In this document: in pieces, positions 11,647 to 18,745 of the stretch
Layout: every line of letters begins with the position of its first letter
Numbering within the stretch: the first letter of the stretch is position 1
From: an uncultured Verrucomicrobiae bacterium
Lineage (GTDB): Bacteria; Verrucomicrobiota; Verrucomicrobiia; Limisphaerales; Palsa-1400
DNA length: 64,000 bases
NCBI GenBank assembly: GCA_963702845.1
Contig: OY969763.1
Coordinates: forward strand, 5,408,001-5,472,000
Reading direction: 5' to 3'
Made by a program: the position numbers and the translations under genes
Notes under the pieces: model-generated
What the model was told of the DNA's origin: nothing
Seen by the model: the letters and a program-made list of their open reading frames with translations, nothing else
The model's database searches: none

Positions 11647-11739
11647 GGAGAAGGTGGCGACAATCCGGCGGATGCGTTTCGTTACCTGGTCGCGACGAAG
11701 TCGCGCGTGGTTGTGCAACGGAAGTTGAGCGGGTTGTGA
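11647..11739 (+). pseudogene. C-terminal remnant of a phage terminase large subunit
   Basis: GEGGDNPADAFRYLVATKSRVVVQRKLSGL* resembles the terminase nuclease-domain end DD/H..DAxRY; no start codon. Confidence 0.55.
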
Positions 11740-11835
11740 ACTAGGGCTCGCCTCTGGTTATTTCTTCGTTGTTAATGGTCTTCAGCCGCGTCAGCGCTGC
11801 CTCGGCCATAGGCTTTGGTTGCGAGGAAAAATGCG

Positions 11836-12147
11836 ATGATCTCAATTAAAACGGCAGAACATTACTGTTGGGCGGGGAAATGTGATGGATGGCATTTGTT
11901 AAAAGATAACGCCTGCAGCGTGATCCAGGAGCGAATGCCGCCAAAAACGTCAGAAATCGCGCACTATCACATTAAGTCGCGACAGTTCTTTTATGTTCTG
12001 TCTGGCGAACTTTCCATCGTGCTCGATGGTCAATTACATGAACTACACGTTGAAGAAGGGCTGGAAGTTCCTCCAAAAGCAACTCATCGGGTCTTCAATG
12101 GTGCAGACAATGAGGCTCGTTTCATAGTCATCCGCGTAAAAGTCTGA
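11836..12147 (+). CDS. Cupin-domain protein, probably truncated at the C-terminus
   Basis: AEHYCW...CDGWHLL...VIQERMPP...HYH...QFFYVLSG...H cupin motifs; last codons fall in a duplicated 48-bp element. Confidence 0.8.
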   Translation: MISIKTAEHYCWAGKCDGWHLLKDNACSVIQERMPPKTSEIAHYHIKSRQFFYVLSGELSIVLDGQLHELHVEEGLEVPPKATHRVFNGADNEARFIVIRVKV

Positions 12148-12176
12148 ACGTTGTCGCAGGCACTGCGCCGTTCACG
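12129..12176. repeat. ~48-bp dispersed repeat, copy 1
   Basis: catccgcgtaaaagtctgaacgttgtcgcaggcactgcgccgttcacg; nearly identical to 14221-14269. Confidence 0.85.
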
Positions 12177-12336
12177 AACGGTAAAGACAAACCCTTTCCT
12201 CCTTGCCGGACGGGCTAGTTGTTGGGCCTACGCAGCAATTAATTGAGACCTTGGCCTGCTGGGAGGTGTTTCGGAACTTCGAACGCGCGGTCATATCGGT
12301 AACGGGCCGCCTTTGACGCTGCGGCCCTGGGTGGTC

Positions 12337-12378
12337 GGGTTACACCTAATAGCGGATGGCAGCTTTATATCGTACGGT
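12337..12378 (+). promoter_or_regulatory. Island box plus -10 element
   Basis: GGGTTACACCTAAT, 22 bp, TACGGT; upstream of ORF 12432. Confidence 0.65.
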
Positions 12379-12431
12379 GTGAATGAAAGGGGTTATTACG
12401 ATGAATATTAATTCACTAACCCGCAAATTGT

Positions 12432-12617
12432 ATGAAAACTGATGATTCAAAAACCTTGCGGCGAGTAAAGTGGGATGAAGTCGTCAGGCAGGGCGACTTC
12501 GTCATTGCCGGAAAAGGTTTCGAGCCTTGGGAAGGGCCGACTGGTTTCCGAGCCGATTCGTTTCTGAAACCCATCTACCGCACGCGGCAGTCCATTCCAA
12601 CGCGACTTGAAAAATGA
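12432..12617 (+). CDS. Conserved microprotein A (WEGP motif), paralog of 61721-61942
   Basis: TLRRVK.DEVVRQGDFV.AG.GFEPWEGP.GFRA.SFLKPI shared by both copies. Confidence 0.8.
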   Translation: MKTDDSKTLRRVKWDEVVRQGDFVIAGKGFEPWEGPTGFRADSFLKPIYRTRQSIPTRLEK

Positions 12618-12653
12618 AGGTTTAAAAAGATTAGCGAACGACTGCAAGTTGTT

Positions 12654-12830
12654 GTGAACTTTTTAAAGACAATACTCCTGACCTGCGTCCAATTAATCAA
12701 ACAGGTTTGGTTACTTCCCGAGACAATCCTGAACGCGTTCCGCATGCGAGAGCGGGCAATCGTATTGGATGAACGTGAAGCCGAACGGCTCGACCGGTTG
12801 CGCAATCCGTCAAAGTATCGAGGAAAATAA
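12654..12830 (+). CDS. Conserved microprotein B (58 aa), paralog of 61949-62125; absent from the ORF track
   Basis: GTG start; MNFLKTILLTCVQLIKQVWLLP...LDEREAERLDRLRNPSKYRGK. Confidence 0.8.
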   Translation: MNFLKTILLTCVQLIKQVWLLPETILNAFRMRERAIVLDEREAERLDRLRNPSKYRGK

Positions 12831-12869
12831 TCAGCCCAGAAAGCTGCGGCTCAATTGACACGCCACTAC

Positions 12870-12900
12870 ACGACCCAAGCTCAGCGCTCTTGTGTTAGGC
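12870..12900 (-). mobile_element. Collapsed (internally deleted) attC remnant
   Basis: Minus strand GCCTAAC (R'' containing the cassette stop) is followed after only 8 bp by GCTGAGCTTGGGTCGT, a typical attC right end. Confidence 0.6.
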
Positions 12901-13116
12901 GTTGCCGTCATCAGGACGTCCAGAAAAAAGTCGGCGGATCGTTTGTCCCTTCCACATCCACAGCCCCGAGAGGAGCACGACGGGAAAATAGAAATAACGA
13001 AAAAAAGGGAGATACTGCCGTGTCTCTTCTGGCGGCCCGTAAATGTAGCCAAGAAGCGTCAGGCCGAAGACGATGTGAATCCAGCGAAGAATCGAACGTT
13101 TGGTTGTGTCTTTCAT
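12895..13116 (-). CDS. Small two-TM membrane protein, integron gene cassette
   Basis: ILRWIHIVFG...YIYGP...LSGLWMWKG; bounded by GTTAGGC and the complementary GCCTAAC. Confidence 0.75.
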   Translation of the reverse strand: MKDTTKRSILRWIHIVFGLTLLGYIYGPPEETRQYLPFFRYFYFPVVLLSGLWMWKGQTIRRLFSGRPDDGNA

Positions 13117-13172
13117 TGTGGATGAATGTGGTCTCGATTTTCTGTGCGAGTGTGGCGGCGTCTAACATTGGC

Positions 13173-13263
13173 GCCTAACACATAGCTCAGCGACCCGGCC
13201 CACGGGACGCACCGATTGCAACCAGAGCGCGCGTGCCGGGTTCGCTGCAGCGCATGGTTGGCG
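13173..13263 (-). mobile_element. Integron attC site (~91 bp)
   Basis: Minus strand CGCCAAC-CATGCGCTGCAGCGAACCCGGC...GCCGGGTCGCTGAGCTATGT-GTTAGGC: R''/L'' and L'/R' boxes with an imperfect inverted repeat. Confidence 0.85.
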
Positions 13264-13286
13264 GCTGGTATCGCATCTCAAAATCC

Positions 13287-13580
13287 CTACTGCTCGTGAA
13301 CAAGCTTGTCATCTACAAAAACCCGATACACCACCTGCGGACGAAAGCTTGCGTAAAGTAATGGTCGCTGCTTCTCCAAGACAACCTTGTGTTTTTCTGC
13401 ACTGCCGACCATGAACTCATATCGGCGCGGCAGCCTGAAACTAAAACGTGTGAAAATGGATGGACTCTGCGGTGCAACCTGCCGACCGTCCACAATAGCC
13501 CCCGGCGAACCCGTTAACCAATTCTGGGAGAACTCAATTTTCGATTTTTCTTTGTCACCAACCTCAATTGTAAATCTCAT
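13287..13580 (-). CDS. Hypothetical protein, first integron cassette
   Basis: 97-aa ORF with GGAG RBS, between GTTGGGC (13604-13610) and the attC. Confidence 0.75.
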   Translation of the reverse strand: MRFTIEVGDKEKSKIEFSQNWLTGSPGAIVDGRQVAPQSPSIFTRFSFRLPRRYEFMVGSAEKHKVVLEKQRPLLYASFRPQVVYRVFVDDKLVHEQ

Positions 13581-13603
13581 AAATGCTCCTGACGCTCGAA
13601 GTC

Positions 13604-13673
13604 GCCCAACAATTAATATACGACAACTGTTCGCATAATTTTAATAGGCGAACAAGGGTTTTATGGGGGCGCG
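13604..13673 (-). mobile_element. attI-like site with no adjacent integrase
   Basis: Minus strand ...cccttgttcgcctattaaaattatgcgaacagttgtcgtatattaattGTTGGGC precedes the first cassette; AT-rich; not an attC; related to 40985-41046 and 17414-17447. Confidence 0.55.
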
Positions 13674-13754
13674 GATTTGGAGGACTTGCCGAACATGCCT
13701 TATTAACTCCTTCGTCGCCGCTGCGCGAAAGTGAGAGAGGCTTTGTGGTTTGTT

Positions 13755-13855
13755 TCCCAAGGTAGCGCCCCGCATCCCTCCGCACATCAGAACAAGTTAT
13801 TTTGGGGACGCTTGCGCGTGGCCCTGGGCTGAGTGCTGTAACGCCTTTGGCGTAT
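13755..13855. repeat. REP-like palindromic element
   Basis: cccaaggtag...ccctgggctgagtgctgtaacgcctttggcgta; related copy at 17524-17590. Confidence 0.55.
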
Positions 13856-14220
13856 CAGAACCCTGTCATAACTTTTTTTCTGGTCGAAAAATTGCGCGTC
13901 GATGCGCGCCTATCAACCTGATTTCTCATCTTGCCCGGCTCATCGGAACGTCACCCAGTCCGATTGTGGGGGAGATATTTTATTGTCCCGATGCTACTGT
14001 GCATTGAAATGACCACTCTTGGCTGCCAGCGTCACAAATTTCAGATCCAGTTCGTCGACTTTGAATGGATGGACTTGAAATCCAATCCTGATTTCATCAC
14101 GGCATGGAACACTGATCAATTCAGCGCTTGCGCAAAAATCGCACGACGCTTGTTCAATCGCGCCGTGCCGTGGCGCAACCGCAAAACATGTTCCTGAAAC
14201 GGAACACCCTCTTCGTAAGC

Positions 14221-14269
14221 CATCAGCGTAAAAGTCTGACAGGTTGTCGCAGGCACTGCGCCGTTCACG
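14221..14269. repeat. ~48-bp dispersed repeat, copy 2
   Basis: catcagcgtaaaagtctgacaggttgtcgcaggcactgcgccgttcacg. Confidence 0.85.
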
Positions 14270-14408
14270 GCGTTAATCACGCGTGACATGTCGTGCGAAA
14301 CGGCCATACATATTGGCGGCGCGGGTGCGTTCAATGGACAGGTGAGCTACGTTGATTCCGGTTATCAGATCATGGGCATGCAGGCAGGTTGGACATGCCC
14401 ATTGCCCT

Positions 14409-17063
14409 ATGCCATCAACGAAAAATTCGGACTCACGCCCCCAGACTGCTGAGTTAATGCGGGACGCGGCGATGCAGGATGCCGCGACAATCTTGCAGCG
14501 CCTCGCGACATCGCTCAGCGGCTTGAGCGAAGAAGAAGCCGCGCGCCGGCTGGAAGCTTACGGCGTCAACGAAGTGGCGGAGGAACGACGGCACGGGTGG
14601 CTCGACCGATTCTGGCTCGCCGTTCGCAATCCGCTCGTCATCCTCCTGACTTTTCTTTCGATAGTTTCTTTCGCCACCGGCGACATGCGCGCGGGGGCAG
14701 TGATGATGTTGATGGTTATCCTCGGTGTTTCGCTACGCTTCGTGCAGGAAACGCGCGCGAACAAAGCCGCCGCGAAGCTCAAAGCGATGATCAGTGTCAC
14801 CGCGACGGTAGTGCGAGATGGGCAACAAAGAGAACTTCCACTGAAAGACCTCGTCCCTGGCGACATCATCAAACTGTGTTCCGGGGACATGGTTCCGGGA
14901 GACGTTCGACTCATCACAGCCAAGGACTTGTTCGTCACTCAAGCCACGCTTACGGGAGAATCTCTGCCGGTCGAAAAATCTGAAACTCCGGACACCCGAC
15001 CCAATCTTTCTCCCATCGAACGCAGCAATCTTTGTTTTCTCGGGACAAGCGTTGAATCAGGTTCGGCAACCGCGGTGATCATCGTGACGGGGCAGCACAC
15101 TTATTTTGGCCAGGTCGCGCGCAGCCTTGCCGACCAACCGGCCGATACGTCATTCGACAGAGGCGTCAAGAATTTCACCTGGATGATGATTCGTTTCATG
15201 TTGGTGATGGTCCCGTTGGTTTTCTTCATCAATGGTTTGACCAAGCACGATTGGAAAGAGGCGTTCTTCTTCGCGCTCGCCGTAGCAGTGGGGCTCACTC
15301 CAGAAATGTTGCCGATGATCGCCTCAGTGTGCTTATCCAAAGGCGCGATCGCGATGTCGCGCAAAAAAGTCATCGTCAAAAAACTCAACTCGATCCAGAA
15401 CTTCGGCGCGATGGACGTGTTGTGCACCGACAAAACGGGCACCCTCACCATCAACCACGTCATCCTCGAATTGTACGTGGACGTTTTTGGAAAGGAGAGT
15501 GAAGAGGTCCTTCGCGACGCTTACGTCATCAGCCATATCCAGACAGGACTTAAGAACGTCCTCGATCGCGCAATCCTCAAACACCAGGAGATACACCACG
15601 AATTGAACGTCGAGAAATATACCAAGCTCGACGAGTTGCCGTTCGATTTTTCGCGCCGAATGATGTCCGTGGTGGTCACCGATCCAGCCGGGCAAGCGCA
15701 ACTGTTCACCAAAGGCGCCCCCGAATCGGTCTTCGCCAAATGCACCCATTTTGAAAGTCAGGGAGAAATTTTTCCGATGGACCCGATTTTTGTCGGCGAC
15801 CTCATCGAAGAAGTCAACGATTTGTGCGAGGATGGATTTCGCGTCCTCGCCGTCGCCAGCAAGAACGTCGAGAAACGCGCCGTCTACACCAAAGATGACG
15901 AGTGCGAACTGGTCTTGACTGGTTATCTGGCTTTTCTTGATCCGCCTAAAGACAGCGCCCGCAAGGCGATTGAAGCACTGCGCCAGCATGGCGTCGCGGT
16001 CAAGGTCCTGACCGGCGACAACGACCTTGTCACACGCAAGGTTTGCAGTGAAGTCGGCATTCCCGCCGAAAAAATTGTGCTGGGCCACGAGGTCGAAACC
16101 ATGACCGATGCGCAATTATCGCAAGCGGTCGAAAGCGTCGACGTCTTCGCGCGACTTTCGCCCACGCACAAACAACGCGTCGTCAAAGCGCTGCAAAACA
16201 ACAAACACGTGGTCGGCTACATGGGTGATGGCATCAATGACGCCCCGGCATTGCGCGCGGCGGATGTCGGCATTTCGGTCGATAACGCCGTCGATATCGC
16301 AAAGGAATCGGCCGATATGATCCTGTTGGAAAAAAGTTTAATGGTGTTGGATGAAGGCGTCCTCGAAGGGCGCAAAGTCTTCGTCAACATCACGAAATAT
16401 GTTCGCATGGGGGCCAGCTCGAATTTCGGCAATATGTTCAGCGTCATCGGCGCGAGCGCCTGGCTTCCCTTCGTGCCCATGTCACCCATCCAGGTTCTGA
16501 CCAACAACTTGCTCTACGATTTTTCACAAGTGCCGATCCCAACGGACAACGTCGGCGAGCCACAGATCCAGCGGCCGCGACCGTGGAACATGGGCGAGAT
16601 CGGCAAGTTTATTGTCTTCATCGGCCCGATCAGTTCGATCTTCGACTACACCACCTATTTAATGATGTGGTTCGTATTCAAATGCAGCCAACTGACGCTG
16701 ATGCCACCGGCGGAACTAGGCGCGCGGTTTGCGCGCGTCACCTCACCAAACGCCACCTACGCCGCCGCATTGTTTCACACCGGGTGGTTCGTCGAGTCGC
16801 TCATGACGCAAACGCTGATTGTGCACGTCATCCGTACGAATCGTCTGCCCTTCATCCATTCGCGTGCGAGCTGGCAATTAACTATCACTACGGTGCTGAT
16901 CATGGCGATTGCAGCCTACTTACCGTATTCGCCACTCAGTGAAACGCTGGGTTTTGTTCCGCTGCCGCCTCTTTACTGGTTGTTATTGCTGCTCACGCTG
17001 ATTTGCTACGTGGCGTTCACCCAAATGGTAAAAACGCGGCTGCTACGAAAGTCCTGGATATAG
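14409..17063 (+). CDS. mgtA: Magnesium-translocating P-type ATPase
   Basis: LTGES, GLTPEMLP, DKTGTLT, PFDFSRRMMSV, GDGIND, ASSNFGNMFS, FHTGWFVESL (P3B subfamily); start uncertain (14409 or 14457). Confidence 0.95.
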   Translation: MPSTKNSDSRPQTAELMRDAAMQDAATILQRLATSLSGLSEEEAARRLEAYGVNEVAEERRHGWLDRFWLAVRNPLVILLTFLSIVSFATGDMRAGAVMMLMVILGVSLRFVQETRANKAAAKLKAMISVTATVVRDGQQRELPLKDLVPGDIIKLCSGDMVPGDVRLITAKDLFVTQATLTGESLPVEKSETPDTRPNLSPIERSNLCFLGTSVESGSATAVIIVTGQHTYFGQVARSLADQPADTSFDRGVKNFTWMMIRFMLVMVPLVFFINGLTKHDWKEAFFFALAVAVGLTPEMLPMIASVCLSKGAIAMSRKKVIVKKLNSIQNFGAMDVLCTDKTGTLTINHVILELYVDVFGKESEEVLRDAYVISHIQTGLKNVLDRAILKHQEIHHELNVEKYTKLDELPFDFSRRMMSVVVTDPAGQAQLFTKGAPESVFAKCTHFESQGEIFPMDPIFVGDLIEEVNDLCEDGFRVLAVASKNVEKRAVYTKDDECELVLTGYLAFLDPPKDSARKAIEALRQHGVAVKVLTGDNDLVTRKVCSEVGIPAEKIVLGHEVETMTDAQLSQAVESVDVFARLSPTHKQRVVKALQNNKHVVGYMGDGINDAPALRAADVGISVDNAVDIAKESADMILLEKSLMVLDEGVLEGRKVFVNITKYVRMGASSNFGNMFSVIGASAWLPFVPMSPIQVLTNNLLYDFSQVPIPTDNVGEPQIQRPRPWNMGEIGKFIVFIGPISSIFDYTTYLMMWFVFKCSQLTLMPPAELGARFARVTSPNATYAAALFHTGWFVESLMTQTLIVHVIRTNRLPFIHSRASWQLTITTVLIMAIAAYLPYSPLSETLGFVPLPPLYWLLLLLTLICYVAFTQMVKTRLLRKSWI

Positions 17064-17214
17064 AAGTTCCAGCGCGCGGCGAGGTGTCTTGAACTTTGCA
17101 CCCCCGATCGAGACGGGTCGTGGCAACCCAGTCATTGTCTCGCGACAAAACCAGCCGGAAAGAATGGTGTCAGAGCCCAACGAGGACGCCTTGCGAGCGA
17201 GGATGATAAAAACG

Positions 17215-17409
17215 GTTTGGGTAGGTAGTCCAGAAGCTGGGCGAAAACGGTGCGCCCTTCATTCATAAGGTGAAAACCCGCTGGCTGGCGGTAAAACACC
17301 TTTGAAAACCTGGCGTGAAATTGAAATCGAAAAACGTTCCTACAATGAGAAACCGCCGGTATTATCGACCCAAAATCACTGTCACTAGAAACTTAACCGG
17401 ACAGTAGTG
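17215..17409 (-). mobile_element. IS4-family (DUF4372-type) left-end remnant
   Basis: Terminal CACTACTGTCCGGTTAAG (17409-17392), then ATG at 17266: MNEGRTVFAQLLDYLPK, a typical DUF4372 transposase start; rest deleted. Confidence 0.65.
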
Positions 17410-17413
17410 AATC

Positions 17414-17590
17414 TTAATAGGCGAACAAGGGTTTTATAGGGGGCGCGCAGGTTTGCGGAACATGTCCGTGAAAATCACGCGCCCGCCGCGCCCGCCCGCC
17501 AAAAAAATATTTAGGGACGTTTTACCCAGGGTAGGTCCCTGTTGCCCTAACCAACCCTGGGCTGAGTTCTGTAACCCCTTCGGGGTTTCG
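17414..17590. repeat. Second copy of the attI-flank plus REP-like module
   Basis: ttaataggcgaacaagggttttataggggg cgcg matches 13641-13673; followed by cccagggtag...ccctgggctgagttctgtaaccccttcggggt. Confidence 0.75.
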
Positions 17591-17618
17591 GAGTAGCTTC
17601 GCGATTTTCGGAGAGCGG

Positions 17619-17682
17619 CACGGACTTTCACGGACGAACACGGACTGGCACGGAGATTTCAGATTTCAAATTTGAGATTTCG
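17619..17682. repeat. Short tandem repeats (4x 10-bp cacgga.., then 7-bp gatttca-type)
   Basis: cacggacttt cacggacgaa cacggactgg cacggagatt tcagatttcaaatttgagatttc. Confidence 0.75.
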
Positions 17683-17735
17683 AAGGCTGAGGAATACGGG
17701 CGAGGCGAAAGGCAGATGGGTGATCGGGAGGGTGC

Positions 17736-18467
17736 CTAAACAAACCGAATGGATGGTTTGTATTCGAACGTGGGTTTTTTGACTTCGAAAACTCTCCCCA
17801 GGAGCCAGTGGGTCGGCCAGTAGGCCAAAAGCCAGAGCGCACCAAGCCAGCCGATGACGTAAACGTTTTGGTTGATCCAGGTTTGCGGATGTTGATCGTT
17901 GAAGCCGTAAGTATAATTGAGATTGATCGGAATGTTGGGATCGGCCAGATGCGCGCCGGCGGGCGGCGTGAACCAATAGCAAATCAGCACGAGCGCGGCG
18001 GCCAGCGCGGTCCAGGCAATCAGCGCGCGTTTGTCGTAACCGAGCCGGCGCAGCAACCAGAGAAGTAACAGCGGCAGCCAGCCGTGAAACAAAGACAGCC
18101 CTCGCGTGAACAATGGCAGGTCGGAATCAAACATGTAAGTGGTCAAACCGAACAAGCGGAATCCCAGCAAGTGACTGCTGAAGTCCACGAGCCAAAGGCA
18201 TTGCGGAATGAGAATGCCGACGGCGCACATGCTGATGATGAGCGAACTTTCCATCCACATGCCCGCGACGGTGAGAATGAGCGCGGCATCGCAAAACCAC
18301 AAAAAATTCGTCGGCCCGTAAGAGTGCAAATAGACAGGGATGAGGACGGCAAGGAACGCAGTGACCGTTATCTTTGCGGTCAGTGGAATTTTTATGGGCG
18401 AGGCGTTCAAAGTGATGGAACTGCGTTTTGTCGCGGCGTCTCCATGTCCATCCCCAAGTAGCGGCAA
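17736..18467 (-). CDS. Integral membrane protein (uncharacterised)
   Basis: Multiple TM segments with NFLWFCD, YMFD...RGLSLFHGWLP and NINYxYG-like motifs; start uncertain. Confidence 0.8.
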   Translation of the reverse strand: MPLLGDGHGDAATKRSSITLNASPIKIPLTAKITVTAFLAVLIPVYLHSYGPTNFLWFCDAALILTVAGMWMESSLIISMCAVGILIPQCLWLVDFSSHLLGFRLFGLTTYMFDSDLPLFTRGLSLFHGWLPLLLLWLLRRLGYDKRALIAWTALAAALVLICYWFTPPAGAHLADPNIPINLNYTYGFNDQHPQTWINQNVYVIGWLGALWLLAYWPTHWLLGRVFEVKKPTFEYKPSIRFV

Positions 18468-18628
18468 ATATGGTGGGCCTCGGCCACGTCGACGAAACTA
18501 AGCGCGTCTTTGACTTCAGGCGTCCAACGGTGGACGCCGCGGAAATAATCGCTGGTGTCGATGTCTTGCAAGAACACGCGGTTGTCCGGGTCGAGATTGG
18601 AGACGCAGAGGACGGTTCGGTTGGTCAT
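18407..18628 (-). CDS. Small hypothetical protein
   Basis: ATG after an A-rich leader, downstream of the giant gene in the same orientation. Confidence 0.45.
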   Translation of the reverse strand: MTNRTVLCVSNLDPDNRVFLQDIDTSDYFRGVHRWTPEVKDALSFVDVAEAHHICRYLGMDMETPRQNAVPSL

Positions 18629-18678
18629 AAAATATTTTCTTTCGTTTGAATTTGGTTTCAGTGACTGCCCCCTAAAGG

Positions 18679-18721
18679 GCCAACCGAAGGAGCAGAATTT
18701 CTTCCGCCGCCTTCGGTTGGC
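18679..18721 (-). terminator. Stem-loop downstream of the giant repeat gene
   Basis: gccaaccgaagg...ccttcggttggc 12-bp inverted repeat; weak U-tract. Confidence 0.4.
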
Positions 18722-18745
18722 TGGGCACCTGGTGTTATTTAATCG

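Noticed and set aside
14009..14197. 62-aa ORF upstream of mgtA as an MgtL-like leader peptide
   Set aside because: Not Pro-rich, too long, and separated from mgtA by a repeat; no support
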